Assembly: GCA_039818805.1 (NCBI GenBank)
Contig: JBCBTE010000001.1
Span: forward strand, 1-60,084
From: Pseudomonadota bacterium
Lineage (GTDB): Bacteria > Pseudomonadota > Alphaproteobacteria > Rhodobacterales > Rhodobacteraceae
DNA: 60,084 bases
Direction of reading: 5' to 3'
Made by a program: the position numbers and the translations under genes. Below are positions 46,701-57,170 of this stretch, piece after piece. How positions within the stretch are numbered: the first letter of the stretch is position 1; each line of letters opens with the position of its first letter. The notes beneath the pieces were generated by a model. The model worked only from the letters and a program-made list of their open reading frames with translations. It did not search any database and was not told where the DNA came from.

Positions 46701-47738
46701 CAGCGCGATGGCGGTCAGCACCGAACCTTCCAACTGGGCGACCATCGAGGCGATGATGCGTGACTGGTCGTTAGAACTATCGACTTCGATGGCCACCTGC
46801 AGTTCATCCGGCCACTGCTTTTCCGCCTGGGCCACGACCTCGCGCACCAGCGTCGCCGTGTCGATGATATTGAACCCTTTGCGTTTGACGACCTGAAGCG
46901 CAATCGAGGTTTCGCCGTTGAAACGTGCGGTGCCAATACGATCTTCGAAGGTCAGGTTGATCGTGGCCAGATCGCCCAGCGTGACCACGCGGTCGCCATT
47001 CGTCTTGATCGGCAGGGCATAGATGTCGCGGGTTTCGTCAAAGGAAGACGGGATTTTCACCGAGAACGCGCCCTGATCGCTGTCCACTGCGCCCGCCGCG
47101 ATCAATTGGTTGTTGTTCTGCACCACGTTGATCAGCTCAAGCGCGGTGACGTTGTAGGCTTCCAGCCGCAGCGGGTCGATCACCACCTCGACCATCTCAT
47201 CGCGATTGCCTGCGATCCCGGCCTCAAGCACGGGTTCCAGGCTTTCCAGCCGATCCTGCAGGTCTTTGGCGATGCGCGCCAGCGTGCGTTCCGGTACGGG
47301 CCCCGAAAGCGACACGATGATGATTGGAAATTCCGAGAAGTTGATCTCGTTGATCGTGTATTGCTCTGCGCCCTCAGGGAAATCGGCCTCGGCGGCGTTC
47401 ATCGCGTCGCGCACATCGGCCATGATCTGGGTCTTGTCCCAGCCGAACTCGAATTCCAATGCCACACCGGCATAGTTTTCAGACGCGGTGCCGGTCATTT
47501 CCTTCAGGCCATCGAGGTCTGAAAGCTCGGTCTCCATGACCTTGACCAACAGTTTTTCACTGTCTTCGGCCGAGATGCCGGGGAACTGAACGGACACGAA
47601 AAGAGCAGGGATCTCGATATCCGGCTCACCCTCTTTGGGCAGGCTAACATAAGCCAACGACCCGGCCAGGATCGACAAGACGATGAAGGCGATCACCATG
47701 CGGGCGCGGCTGGCGGCCCAGTCGACGATGCCTGTCAT
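43773..47738 (-). CDS. AcrB/AcrD/AcrF RND permease (extended, 1321 aa)
   Basis: GMLVDGAIVVVE, GIVVNNNIVL, RIRPVLLTT. Confidence 0.95.
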   Translation of the reverse strand: MTGIVDWAASRARMVIAFIVLSILAGSLAYVSLPKEGEPDIEIPALFVSVQFPGISAEDSEKLLVKVMETELSDLDGLKEMTGTASENYAGVALEFEFGWDKTQIMADVRDAMNAAEADFPEGAEQYTINEINFSEFPIIIVSLSGPVPERTLARIAKDLQDRLESLEPVLEAGIAGNRDEMVEVVIDPLRLEAYNVTALELINVVQNNNQLIAAGAVDSDQGAFSVKIPSSFDETRDIYALPIKTNGDRVVTLGDLATINLTFEDRIGTARFNGETSIALQVVKRKGFNIIDTATLVREVVAQAEKQWPDELQVAIEVDSSNDQSRIIASMVAQLEGSVLTAIALVMIVTLAALGIRPALLVGFAIPTSFLLCFALLAVMDVAVSNIVMFGLILAVGMLVDGAIVVVEYADKRIAQGVGPMHAYVAAAKRMFWPVVSSTATTLCAFLPMLFWPGVPGQFMKMLPVTLIFVLSASLLVALVYLPVMGGVTGRVERWFNTRIQRISDTRWYLHVALLIVAVLALVIAGQIVPLLLNVVGLQFALMDSTNLVGSVMPTLVTVFVTCLGAVAFGALGLSGAIAALLGIFALKPRVQWCFRWLTAWINRLAPQIPNLGPFILLGAAIAVMAAMGMSFPTLTIIAVLGGGALWISHALKNRRADPVKAGYHRSPFGWFIHAIAANPVMPLVAFCAIFVLVGTVLMYYVNNNNGTEFFVESEPENAIVYVRARGNLSIDQQDALVREAEDIVLAHPNILNAFSFAGDSGLNNNTGGAAPPLDTIGQIQFEIVKWEDRPTTTETWFTVPLIDFDVTRQVSSPDVDGNRTMEELTAELQQIPGIKVEILALEQGPASAKPVHLRLKSDNWEELLAFTETARAKFEGTYGLDLVEDTLPLPGIDWQIDVDVEKAGRFGADVATVGAMVQLVTRGILLDTMRVPSSDEEIDIRVRLPEDDRVLSTLDTLKVRTSDGLVPLSNFITRKPVKKLAQIDRVDQTRYFDVKAAVVEGLTVSSANEDGTQTQVPLTANERIAHITKWLEQQDIPTSISYEWTGDAEDQEESGAFLQQAFLGALGLMFIILLAQFNSVYNAALVLLAVILSTTGVLIGMLVMNQPFSIIMTGTGIVALAGIVVNNNIVLIDTYQEYSKYMPRIEAITRTAEARIRPVLLTTITTMAGLAPMMFGLSLDFFGGGYTFNSPTALWWKQLATAVVFGLGIATVLTLIFTPSMLALRIWATTYVLWASQLMAKLSFGRTSRAARDWALARQASRVRAPEIVWEDERNTGAEFEEDTSTTPDLQDLKRVLRNRDDTPDEKLDDNGNPLRAAE

Positions 47739-49078
47739 TGCCCGATCTCTCGATAGGTCGGCGATACGGGCACGCCATCGGACACAAATTCCTGTCCGAT
47801 GATGATCACGTTGACCTCATCGGGCAGGCCAGAGAGGAAAACGCCGGTGGGCGTGTCGCGCATCAGGGTAACAGGCACGAAATCGGCAAGGCTGTCCGCG
47901 TCCACAACGCGCAGACCAAGTGCGCCATTGTCATCCAGCGTCAGCGCCGATTGTGGCAGAAGATGCGCCTTGGTGCCATCGGCGGCAATCACCATTTCCG
48001 CGGTCTGTCCGTCGCGCAGACGCAGGTCTTCGTTTGACACCTTGATATCGACGCGGAAGGTACGTGTTTCGGGGTCGGCGGCACGCGAGATGAAGACAAC
48101 CTCGCCCTGCACTTCATCGCCCGAGGCCAGCCGCGCTGCGGCGGTTGATCCCATGTCGACCTTGCCGATCTCGGTTTCGGGAATGTAGCCCACAAGCATC
48201 ATAGGGTTGAGTTCGATCACCGTGGCACACAACGAGCCGGCCTGCAAAAGGCTGCCAAGTTCGGCGGTATCGCTTTCCAGAAGGCCCGAAAACGGTGCCG
48301 TCACGGTCAGACGTTCGATTTCCTTTTGGGCCGATGCGACGGCCGCCTGCGCGCTTTCGACACCTGCACGCGCCGCTTCAACCCCTGCAGCCGCGGTTTC
48401 CAATCCCGATTGCGATGCCTTCAGGCTTGCCTCGCTGCTGACGATCTGTGCCTTGGCACCTTCCACTTCGGCCTCGGTCTGTGCGACGCGGGTCTGCGAT
48501 GCAAACCCTTCGGTGCTCAGGCTGCTGGCCGCGTTGGCGTTGATCTCGGCCTCGCGCAGCCGGGCGCGTGCTTCGATAAGGCGGGCGCGGCTTTCCTCGA
48601 TCCGGGCCTGCGCCTCTGGCAGTGCGGCCTGAGCCTCCGGAATGCGGGCCTTGGCTTCGGCCAGGCGGGCCACGGTTTCCGCCAGGGTTGCCGAGCGCGT
48701 GCCAGGGTCAAGCTGGCACAGAATGTCACCGCGCTCGACAAACGCGCCTTTGCGCAACGGCTCGGACACGACCAGCCCAGAGGTTTCCGCGCGCAGTTCG
48801 ACCTGCCGGTTGGCTTCAGTCTGACCGCGCACTATCACCGCACTGTCGATTTCGCGCGCCACAGAACGCACCGCCACGACGCGCACCGTCTCGGGCACAT
48901 CATCAGACGCCACTTGTGGCGGAGTTTCGCCGGAATTGTCGACCGCGTCGCCGTCGGCCCCCACAGCCGAGGCGGTTTTCGCGCCACCAAAGGCGTCAAA
49001 GAGCGTGTCGCGCTCCATTACAAAGACATAAATGACCACACTCACAACGATGGCGGCCAGAATCGGAAACAGTCGCAT
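47735..49078 (-). CDS. RND periplasmic adaptor (MFP) with long coiled coil
   Basis: ELRAETSG, TAPFSG, ADPETRTF; ATGA overlap with the permease. Confidence 0.93.
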   Translation of the reverse strand: MRLFPILAAIVVSVVIYVFVMERDTLFDAFGGAKTASAVGADGDAVDNSGETPPQVASDDVPETVRVVAVRSVAREIDSAVIVRGQTEANRQVELRAETSGLVVSEPLRKGAFVERGDILCQLDPGTRSATLAETVARLAEAKARIPEAQAALPEAQARIEESRARLIEARARLREAEINANAASSLSTEGFASQTRVAQTEAEVEGAKAQIVSSEASLKASQSGLETAAAGVEAARAGVESAQAAVASAQKEIERLTVTAPFSGLLESDTAELGSLLQAGSLCATVIELNPMMLVGYIPETEIGKVDMGSTAAARLASGDEVQGEVVFISRAADPETRTFRVDIKVSNEDLRLRDGQTAEMVIAADGTKAHLLPQSALTLDDNGALGLRVVDADSLADFVPVTLMRDTPTGVFLSGLPDEVNVIIIGQEFVSDGVPVSPTYREIGQ

Positions 49079-49296
49079 TCGTTTTCTTTCTGCGCGATTT
49101 CAATTGGATCTTTTGCGCTTTGCTACATGGGCCTCAAGCGCTTTATCCTTGTACGCTGAACTATGCAGTTCAGATTAGACACTTTTCGCTGGATGATCAA
49201 GGTCGCGGCCATGCGCCTTCCGCTGTCAAGAATGCGGGGCTCTTGGCAGGGCAGAAGGGACGCGGTAAGAGGGGCGAAACAACATGGGGGCCACGC

Positions 49297-49989
49297 GTGA
49301 GCGATAGCGACAGCTTTATCAACGAGGTGACCGAAGAGGTCCGCCGCGACAGGCTTTATCAGACGTTTCGCCGGTATGGATGGATTGCCATCACGGCCAT
49401 CATCCTGCTGGTTGGGGGGGCCGCTTGGAACGAGTGGCGCAAAGCACAGGAACGGTCTGCAGCCGAGGGGCTGGGCGACAGCATTCTGGCGGCGCTGAAC
49501 GCCGAAGACCGTGCCGACCGCGCCGCGGCTCTGGCAGCCATCGACGCGCCCGAAGGCAGCGCGGAGGCCATTGTCAGCCTGCTTGCCGCCGGAGAGCAAA
49601 GCACCGTTGCCCCGGCAGACGCCGCTGCACGCCTGTTCGCCTTGGCCGATGATCCGGCGGTGCCACAGGTCTACCGGCAGATTGCCGTGCTTAAGGCGGT
49701 GACCATTCCGGATGCCGGGTTAAGTATCGAAGACAGGCGGACGCGGTTGGACGGCTTGACGCCGGTGGGCGGGTTGGTGCGCCTTCTGGCAGAAGAGCAA
49801 CTGGCCCTTTTGGACATCGAGGAGGGGGGCCGAGACGCCGCGCTGATCCGGCTTCAGGAGATTTACCAAAGTGCGGAAGCCACAGTAAGCTTGCGCCGGC
49901 GCGCTGAGCAGTTGATTGTGGCGCTGGACGGTGAGATTGAAGAAACACTCGTGACACCCGAGACAAACGGCGCGGATAATAGTAACTAA
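49297..49989 (+). CDS. YfgM-like / DUF2659 TPR membrane protein
   Basis: DSFINEVTEEVRRDRL, TM, helical repeats; upstream of bamB-der. Confidence 0.85.
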   Translation: MSDSDSFINEVTEEVRRDRLYQTFRRYGWIAITAIILLVGGAAWNEWRKAQERSAAEGLGDSILAALNAEDRADRAAALAAIDAPEGSAEAIVSLLAAGEQSTVAPADAAARLFALADDPAVPQVYRQIAVLKAVTIPDAGLSIEDRRTRLDGLTPVGGLVRLLAEEQLALLDIEEGGRDAALIRLQEIYQSAEATVSLRRRAEQLIVALDGEIEETLVTPETNGADNSN

Positions 49990-50044
49990 GGCTGGCCGGA
50001 CGGTGAGTTACCGGACGGAACGAACGAAAACGGGGGCGAAGGCA

Positions 50045-51376
50045 GTGATTTCTTATGCACGGGTGGTTGGGCTAAGTGCCTTGTGCCTTTTGATGGCCTG
50101 CGAAAAGAAAGAAGCGCTGCTGCAGGGCGAGCGGGAGGATATCCGCGAGGTGTTGTCCAGTGATGCCGGGCAGTCCGCGCTTAGTGAGCAAACGGTGACC
50201 GGGGACATCCCGCCGCTGTCATTGCCGGCAACGCGGGCCAACTCGAACTGGACGCAAAGCATTTCCAACGCCACCACACGGACAGCGCATCCCGCGCTTG
50301 GGGCGGCGCCGCAATTGATCTGGTCGGCCAATATCGGAAGCGGGGATGGTAAGAAATCTCGCATCACCGCAGATCCGGTTGTGGCCGACGGTCGGATCTT
50401 CACGCTTGACGCCCAAGCCCAAGTGACCGCCGTTTCGACGGCGGGCAAAGTGCTTTGGACCCGGGATCTGACGCCTGTGAACGACAACAGCAACGATGCC
50501 AGCGGTGGTGGCTTAGCCTATGGCGATGGACAGCTTTACGTGTCGTCGGGGTTTGGCCTGATGACGGCGCTGGATGCAGCGACGGGGGCAGAAATCTGGC
50601 AGCAGAACCTGCGCGCCACCGGCACTGGCAGCCCCAGCGTGGCGGGCGATCTGGTCTATCTGGTGGCCGGGGACGAATTGGCGTGGGCGCTGGAACGCGA
50701 CACGGGCCGAATTCGTTGGCAACTGTCTGCGACACCCGACATCCGCAACGTCATGGGCGCGCCGGCGCCCGCGATTTCGGATCAATACGTGGTCTTCGCC
50801 TTTGGGTCCGGCGAAGTGCAGGGCGCCTTTCTGAAAGGCGGGCTGCGCCGTTGGGACGCGCAGATTGCGGGCCAGCGCCAAGGCTATTCGTCGGGGCTTG
50901 TGGGGGATATCACTGGCGATCCGGTGATTGACGGCGAACGTGTTTACGTTGGCAGCCATTCGGGACGCACGGTGGCGCTCAAACTGGGCAATGGTGAACG
51001 TCTTTGGACGGCGCCTGACGGTCCTCTGAACCGAATCTGGCCTGCGGGCGACTCGATCTTCATGATATCGGACCGCAACGAATTGTTGCGGCTTTCCGCC
51101 GAAGACGGTCGCCGCATCTGGGGCGAGGCCCTGCCGTTTTTCACCAAGACGAAGCAAAGACGGCAGGCCGAGATCTTTGCACACCACGGACCGATCATTG
51201 CAGGGGGCCGTCTGATCGTGGCTTCAAATGACGGTTTGCTGCGATACTTCGATCCGACCAATGGCCGGACGTTGGGTCAGACGCCGATGCCGGGCGGGGC
51301 GACGACCAATCCGGTCGTGGCGGGCAATACGCTTTATGTCGTGTCGTCAAAAGGCCAGTTGCTGGCTTTCCGTTAG
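50045..51376 (+). CDS. bamB: PQQ-like beta-propeller lipoprotein (BamB-like)
   Basis: LMAC lipobox; repeated ALD..TG...W blades; yfgM-bamB-der synteny. Confidence 0.85.
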   Translation: MISYARVVGLSALCLLMACEKKEALLQGEREDIREVLSSDAGQSALSEQTVTGDIPPLSLPATRANSNWTQSISNATTRTAHPALGAAPQLIWSANIGSGDGKKSRITADPVVADGRIFTLDAQAQVTAVSTAGKVLWTRDLTPVNDNSNDASGGGLAYGDGQLYVSSGFGLMTALDAATGAEIWQQNLRATGTGSPSVAGDLVYLVAGDELAWALERDTGRIRWQLSATPDIRNVMGAPAPAISDQYVVFAFGSGEVQGAFLKGGLRRWDAQIAGQRQGYSSGLVGDITGDPVIDGERVYVGSHSGRTVALKLGNGERLWTAPDGPLNRIWPAGDSIFMISDRNELLRLSAEDGRRIWGEALPFFTKTKQRRQAEIFAHHGPIIAGGRLIVASNDGLLRYFDPTNGRTLGQTPMPGGATTNPVVAGNTLYVVSSKGQLLAFR

Positions 51377-51428
51377 TTCGGCTTTGGTGTAACAGGGCGG
51401 CCTTGTCAGGCCGTCCGGAGCCCAACCC

Positions 51429-52880
51429 ATGAGTTTTACCCTTGCCATTGTGGGCCGTCCCAATGTGGGCAAATCCACGCTGTTCAACCGTTTGGTGGGC
51501 AAACGGCTGGCGCTGGTTGATGATCAACCGGGCGTCACGCGTGACCTGCGCGAGGGCGACGCACGGTTGGCGGATTTGCGGTTCACGGTGATCGACACCG
51601 CCGGGCTTGAGGACGCGACCGACGACTCTCTGCAAGGGCGTATGCGGCGGTTGACGGAACGCGCCGTCGATATGGCCGATGTCTGCCTGTTCCTGATTGA
51701 TGCCCGGGCGGGTGTTACGCCCGTGGACGAGATGTTTGCCGAGATCCTGCGCAAGCGGGCTGATCACGTTTTCGTCGGCGCCAACAAGGCCGAAGGATCG
51801 GCGGCGGATGCCGGCGTGATCGAGGCGTATGGACTGGGTCTGGGCGACCCCATCCGCCTGTCGGCCGAACATGGCGAGGGGATGACCGACCTTTACACGG
51901 CGCTGATGCCGCTGGCGGATGAATATGCCAAACGGGCCGAGGCGGATGCGCCGGAAACCGACGTCAGTATTGATGACGGGCATCCCGAGGACGGCGTGCG
52001 CAAACCCACAACGGCGCGGCCATTGCAGGTTGCGGTGGTGGGGCGGCCCAATGCCGGGAAATCAACATTGATCAACCAGATCTTGGGAGAGGACCGGCTG
52101 CTGACCGGGCCCGAGGCGGGCATCACGCGCGATGCGATCTCGGTGCAGATGGACTGGGATGGATTGCCGGTGCGCATCTTTGACACTGCGGGAATGCGCA
52201 AGAAAGCCAAGGTGCAGGACAAGGTCGAAAAGCTGTCGGTGTCTGACGGGTTGCGCGCGGTAAAATTCGCCGAGGTGGTCGTGGTGTTGTTGGATGCGGC
52301 TATCCCGTTCGAACAACAGGATCTGCGGATCGCCGATCTGGCCGAGCGCGAAGGGCGCGCTGTTGTCGTGGCCGTAAACAAGTGGGATGTCGAAATCGAA
52401 AAGCAACAAAAGCTGCGGGATTTGCGAGAGGCGTTCGAGCGGCTTTTACCACAGTTGCGTGGCGCACCGTTGATCACTGTGTCCGCCAAGACGGGCCGCG
52501 GGATCGACCGGCTGCGTGCGGCGGTGGAAAAAGCCTATGACGTCTGGAACCGACGGATCAGCACGGCGCATTTGAACCGCTGGTTGACAGGTATGCTGGA
52601 GGCCCATCCACCACCCGCACCGGGCGGTCGTCGGATCAAACTGCGCTACATGACGCAAGCGAAGACGCGGCCGCCGGGGTTTGTTGTAATGTGTTCGCAC
52701 CCCGACAAGATGCCGGCAAGCTACTCACGATACTTGGTCAATGGCCTGCGTGAAGATTTCGACATGCCGGGCACACCTATTCGCCTGACATTGCGGTCAC
52801 AGTCCGACAAGAATCCTTACAAGGCGAAGAAGGTGCAAGGGCCGTCAAAGTTGCGAAAGCACCTCAAGCCCAGAAATTGA
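51429..52880 (+). CDS. der: Ribosome biogenesis GTPase Der/EngA
   Basis: Two GTPase domains ([24 protein letters not shown]) and KH-like C-terminus. Confidence 0.97.
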   Translation: MSFTLAIVGRPNVGKSTLFNRLVGKRLALVDDQPGVTRDLREGDARLADLRFTVIDTAGLEDATDDSLQGRMRRLTERAVDMADVCLFLIDARAGVTPVDEMFAEILRKRADHVFVGANKAEGSAADAGVIEAYGLGLGDPIRLSAEHGEGMTDLYTALMPLADEYAKRAEADAPETDVSIDDGHPEDGVRKPTTARPLQVAVVGRPNAGKSTLINQILGEDRLLTGPEAGITRDAISVQMDWDGLPVRIFDTAGMRKKAKVQDKVEKLSVSDGLRAVKFAEVVVVLLDAAIPFEQQDLRIADLAEREGRAVVVAVNKWDVEIEKQQKLRDLREAFERLLPQLRGAPLITVSAKTGRGIDRLRAAVEKAYDVWNRRISTAHLNRWLTGMLEAHPPPAPGGRRIKLRYMTQAKTRPPGFVVMCSHPDKMPASYSRYLVNGLREDFDMPGTPIRLTLRSQSDKNPYKAKKVQGPSKLRKHLKPRN

Positions 52881-53052
52881 CATTACAAATCCCAAGCCGT
52901 GACACGCTTCTGTCAAAATTTTGCCATTAACAATCGAGCACTACCTAAAATTGTTCTCGAATCGTTGTAAAATCATAAAAATCTAAGCCTTTGGGAACCA
53001 GAAACCGATCCCTACGTTCAATCTTCACGTGTAATGTGAGTAGGAGATCGAA

Positions 53053-54753
53053 ATGTCATCGTTTACTGGAACCCGGACCCCCGGCATCTACGAAAGTGTC
53101 GACGCGACAGGTACAGAAGGCCTTAGTGGTGATAGGGGAAATGATACCCTTGAGGGTTCGGTGGAAGGCGCGGGCCAACTGCACATTTTTGGCAACATCG
53201 GAAATGATACGCTTGTTCTGGATTTGACGAACGAGGCCGGACGCCAAGGTCAACATGTATATGGCGGTGAAGGCTCGGACGTGTTTCAGTTCACGAATGT
53301 GCATTTGGTCACGTCCCCCGTGGTGGGCCGTATAAACGACTTTGAACCGACGCGTGATACCATTCTGATTGAAGATCAGACGATCGACCTGAACGCATTG
53401 CCGAATGAAGTGGAACTGGCAGATGGCAGCACTGTCAGCGTCCGAATTGTCGAACATGTCTCGACCGGGGCTGAAAACAGTGCCGAGGCGTTGGGTCTTG
53501 GACCGCAACAATTCCTGCAAATCGGAGACGACATTTTCTTTGCGCTGGAAGGCGCACGCGAAGGCGGCCGCGAACATCATTTTGTTAACGTGCCCGATCC
53601 TTCGTCGTTGACCGAAGTGGATTTCCAACATCAATTCGATTTCGTTCCGCACGACCATTATGATGATCTGAACCTGCGTATTCGCACCGTCACCCACGGC
53701 GACGACAACTTCAATGGGTTTGAAACGCGTGAATACATCCGCGGACATGTCCAGGGCAGCGACGAGGGACATGCAAATGGAGCGGATGAAGTCATTTTTG
53801 CAAATGGTGGCCATGACGTGGTGGATGCTGCGACCGGTGACGACACGGTCTATGGCGGCGTCGGCCACGATTCGATTGCTGGCGGCGTAGACAACGACGT
53901 TTTGTATGGCGAAGCCGGAAACGACATGCTGTGGGGCGGTAGCGCCAACGACATGATCGACGGTGGCGCGAATTCCGACAATCTGTATGGCGGAACTGGC
54001 AAGGACACACTCCTTGGCGGTCAAGGCAATGACCGAATGCTTGGTGGGGACGGTAAAGATACGGTCAAAGGTGGCGACGGCGAGGACCGGATTCTAGGCG
54101 AGAGCGGAAAGGACGTGCTGCATGGCGGTGCTGGTAACGACGTTATGGCAGGCAATCGCAACGCAGACCTGATGTTTGGCGATGAAGGTGCCGACAGAGT
54201 CATCGGTGGCGGCGGGCATGACACCGTCGATGGCGGTTACGGACAAGACAAACTGTTTGGCGGTCACGGCGATGACCGAATGCTTGGCGGAGACGGTAAA
54301 GATACCGTCAAAGGCGGTACCGGCGACGACCGGATCCTGGGCGAAAGCGGAAAGGACGTGCTGTATGGCGGTTCCGGTAATGACGTTATGGCCGGCAATC
54401 GCAACGCAGACTTGATGTTTGGCGATAATGGTGACGACAGGCTTATCGGTGGCGGCGGGCGCGACACCCTTGACGGCGGAGCCGGCGATGATCTTCTGGT
54501 CGGCGGTCACCAGAATGATCGCTTCGTGTTTGCCGAAGGTCACGGCAACGATACCATCGCCGATTTCGAAGCTCAGAACAGTGCTGAAAAAATTGATTTT
54601 TCAAACGTGTCAACGATTGACAGCATCTCTGACGCTTTGAATGCATCCAGCCAAGTTGGCGATGATGTCATGATCGACACCGGTGGTGAAAATTCAATTC
54701 TGCTCGAAAATGTAGATATTGGTGACCTCGACGCGGATGACTTCATTTTCTGA
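53053..54753 (+). CDS. RTX/hemolysin-type calcium-binding protein
   Basis: Many GGxGxDxL nonapeptides; C-terminal DADDFIF T1SS-type end; AGGAG SD. Confidence 0.93.
   Translation: MSSFTGTRTPGIYESVDATGTEGLSGDRGNDTLEGSVEGAGQLHIFGNIGNDTLVLDLTNEAGRQGQHVYGGEGSDVFQFTNVHLVTSPVVGRINDFEPTRDTILIEDQTIDLNALPNEVELADGSTVSVRIVEHVSTGAENSAEALGLGPQQFLQIGDDIFFALEGAREGGREHHFVNVPDPSSLTEVDFQHQFDFVPHDHYDDLNLRIRTVTHGDDNFNGFETREYIRGHVQGSDEGHANGADEVIFANGGHDVVDAATGDDTVYGGVGHDSIAGGVDNDVLYGEAGNDMLWGGSANDMIDGGANSDNLYGGTGKDTLLGGQGNDRMLGGDGKDTVKGGDGEDRILGESGKDVLHGGAGNDVMAGNRNADLMFGDEGADRVIGGGGHDTVDGGYGQDKLFGGHGDDRMLGGDGKDTVKGGTGDDRILGESGKDVLYGGSGNDVMAGNRNADLMFGDNGDDRLIGGGGRDTLDGGAGDDLLVGGHQNDRFVFAEGHGNDTIADFEAQNSAEKIDFSNVSTIDSISDALNASSQVGDDVMIDTGGENSILLENVDIGDLDADDFIF
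54031..54480 (+). repeat. Internal tandem duplication with 243-bp period in the RTX gene
   Basis: GACCGAATGCTTGG...GGCAATCGCAACGCAGAC blocks start at 54031 and 54274. Confidence 0.85.
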
Positions 54754-54864
54754 TCGGCTGGCCGCGTTTACCAGTCTGGGCACAGTGGGCACAGTCGACA
54801 AGGTCGGCTGTGCCTGTTCCGCTTAAAAAACGATGTCATTCCCGCGGTGCGGACGGGCTCTTCT

Positions 54865-55584
54865 TTAAAGCGTCTCGTTGACAGACGGAACCCGGCGCAG
54901 GCTTTGCAGGCCCAAGGCGGCGACACCCGCCGCGCTGAGCAACACGATGACCCAATTTGCCGGTGCCGCGTTTGCCACCATCACTCCGATCAGGGCCCAG
55001 ATAACGGAAACAGCAAATTCCGGTGTGTCCCTGCGTAGGCGCAGGACAATGGCCGACAGAACGAGTGCCAGCAGAATCATGACAATGGCGGCGATTTGCG
55101 ATGACAGCACACCGTATCCTGCCAGCACAAGACCAAGCGACACACAACTGGCTGCCGTCAACCACCCAAGGTAAAGCGCGATCGGTGTCCGCAGCCAAAG
55201 CCGGTCCTGCGTTCCGGCAAGTAAGAAGGCGGCCAGCGCCATCGCCCACATTACCCAAATCAGGATCGTCGCCCAAACCGGGCTAAGCTGGGCGACGGGA
55301 ATCCATGCCGCACCAATGGTCAGGCTGGCAATGTAAGGCCAGCGCATTGCATCCCATTCCGGCACCGTGTCCCGAAAGAGCAAGCCAAACCCGGATCCGG
55401 CAAGCAACCAAAGATAGATTAGACCCCAGATCGAAAAGGCATAGCCCGCCGGCTGAACCGGTGCATCCACTTGCGGGATCGGAAACTGGGTGGCCGTGAA
55501 CCCGTTGAAACCGCTGCTGAGAAATGGCGAAAGCAGAAAGGCGAAGGCGGCCGTGAGGGCAAGAACAGCTTTGACTTTGATCAT
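54865..55584 (-). CDS. TspO-like tryptophan-rich membrane protein
   Basis: PVQPAGYAFSIWGLIY.WL, LYLGWLTAA, VIWALIG. Confidence 0.75.
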   Translation of the reverse strand: MIKVKAVLALTAAFAFLLSPFLSSGFNGFTATQFPIPQVDAPVQPAGYAFSIWGLIYLWLLAGSGFGLLFRDTVPEWDAMRWPYIASLTIGAAWIPVAQLSPVWATILIWVMWAMALAAFLLAGTQDRLWLRTPIALYLGWLTAASCVSLGLVLAGYGVLSSQIAAIVMILLALVLSAIVLRLRRDTPEFAVSVIWALIGVMVANAAPANWVIVLLSAAGVAALGLQSLRRVPSVNETL

Positions 55585-55747
55585 GGTACGATATTCGGTC
55601 CAACCTGTTGTCGGTTCAACATGAAATTCGAGCGGCAAAACCCTGCTGGCCCTCTTGCAAACCGGTAAAAATGTTTCACATTGGAACAAACATCGAAGAC
55701 ATTAGGCAAGGTTAACGTGCTGCTGTAAGCCGTTGGGGCACAAGAAA

Positions 55748-56734
55748 ATGACAATCCGAGACTATCTGAAGACCTACACGCACAAATCCGATGCGATGGG
55801 TGCACTTAGCTTTCTGGGCACGTTTGCCGTTTACGGCGCATCCCTGGTTCTGGCGATTCTGGCCTGGCCGATGTGGTGGATTTCGGTGCCGCTGATTGTT
55901 GTCTTGGCCTTTGCGTCGGTACGGCTTTATGTCTTGCAGCATGACTGCGGGCACCATTCCCTGTTCGCGACGAAGTGGCTGAACGATGTCGGCGGGCATA
56001 TCCTGTCCGTGCCGTCGCTGACACCATTTCGTGTGATGCAGTACAATCACAACCAGCATCACGCATACCTGGGCAATCTGGAACATCGCGAAACCACCGA
56101 AGTGTACACGATGACACTGCGCGAATGGCAAGGCGCCGGGCTTTGGACGCGCATTTGGTACCGCACGTATCGCAACCCGGTGGTGATGCTGTCGCTTGGC
56201 GGTATCTACGCGTATTTCATCGCCTATCGCTGGCCAAAGAACACCTTGAAGGTTGGTGTACCTGGGGTGCTGGCTCATAACGTCGCGCTGGTGGGTTACG
56301 TGACCGTTATCTGGACGGCGTTTGGCGCAACGGGTCTGGGCGTGCTGGCGGCCAGCGCGCTTCTGGCCGGAGTCATCGGGGTGTTCTTGGTCTATCTCCA
56401 GCACAATTTCGAAGACACGTACTGGGACCGCAAACCGGATCTGGATTTCAGAAAGGCCACGCTGGAAGGCTCAAGCAGTCTGGATTTGGGCCATTGGTGG
56501 GACATCGGCACAGGCAACATCGCCTATCATGACCTGCACCACTACAACCCGCAAATTCCGTCCTACAACCTGCGGCATGCGCAGAAAAACCTGCCGGATG
56601 AATTGCGGGTGCATGATGAGATCAAGTGGCCTGAAGCGCTGGCCAGTTTCCGGCTGAAGCTTTGGGACGAAGAGCGTGAAAAGCTGGTGCCGTTTCCGCG
56701 CCACCGGGTGGCGCAGGGTGTTGCCACGACCTGA
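55748..56734 (+). CDS. Membrane fatty acid desaturase
   Basis: His boxes QHDCGH, HNQHH, YHDLHH; YLQHNFE. Confidence 0.93.
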   Translation: MTIRDYLKTYTHKSDAMGALSFLGTFAVYGASLVLAILAWPMWWISVPLIVVLAFASVRLYVLQHDCGHHSLFATKWLNDVGGHILSVPSLTPFRVMQYNHNQHHAYLGNLEHRETTEVYTMTLREWQGAGLWTRIWYRTYRNPVVMLSLGGIYAYFIAYRWPKNTLKVGVPGVLAHNVALVGYVTVIWTAFGATGLGVLAASALLAGVIGVFLVYLQHNFEDTYWDRKPDLDFRKATLEGSSSLDLGHWWDIGTGNIAYHDLHHYNPQIPSYNLRHAQKNLPDELRVHDEIKWPEALASFRLKLWDEEREKLVPFPRHRVAQGVATT

Positions 56735-56736
56735 GC

Positions 56737-57078
56737 TCAGACTTGTTCTACCGTGACTGTGTCACTGGAATAGAACGCCAGATGGTCCTTGATACGGGCC
56801 ACATCATCCTTTGGGTTTTGGTATGTCCACGCGGCATTCTTCAGCGTCTGGCTTTTGGTGATGATCGAAAAATAGCTTGCATCGCCCTTGTGCGGACAGT
56901 GAGTGCTGTGGTCGGTTGAGTCCAGAAATGCCATCGCGATGTCCTCGCGCGGGAAGTAGATCACGTCGTGCAGGTTGCCTTCGCTTAACACCAGCGCATT
57001 CTTGCTTTCGCCCAGCACGGCGCCACCGGCGCGCACAGTCCATGTGCCGTCGGTTTTGTGGATCGTGATCTTGGTCAT
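56737..57078 (-). CDS. DUF427 family protein
   Basis: YFPREDI, THCPHKGDASYF, NAAWTY. Confidence 0.92.
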   Translation of the reverse strand: MTKITIHKTDGTWTVRAGGAVLGESKNALVLSEGNLHDVIYFPREDIAMAFLDSTDHSTHCPHKGDASYFSIITKSQTLKNAAWTYQNPKDDVARIKDHLAFYSSDTVTVEQV

Positions 57079-57170
57079 GCGTCGTCCTTCCCATTTGGAA
57101 CTGCTATTCGCACCGTCATGGCGGGCGCTGTCAAGTCCCCCATGTCGCGCAGAAGTGTCACAAAAACATG

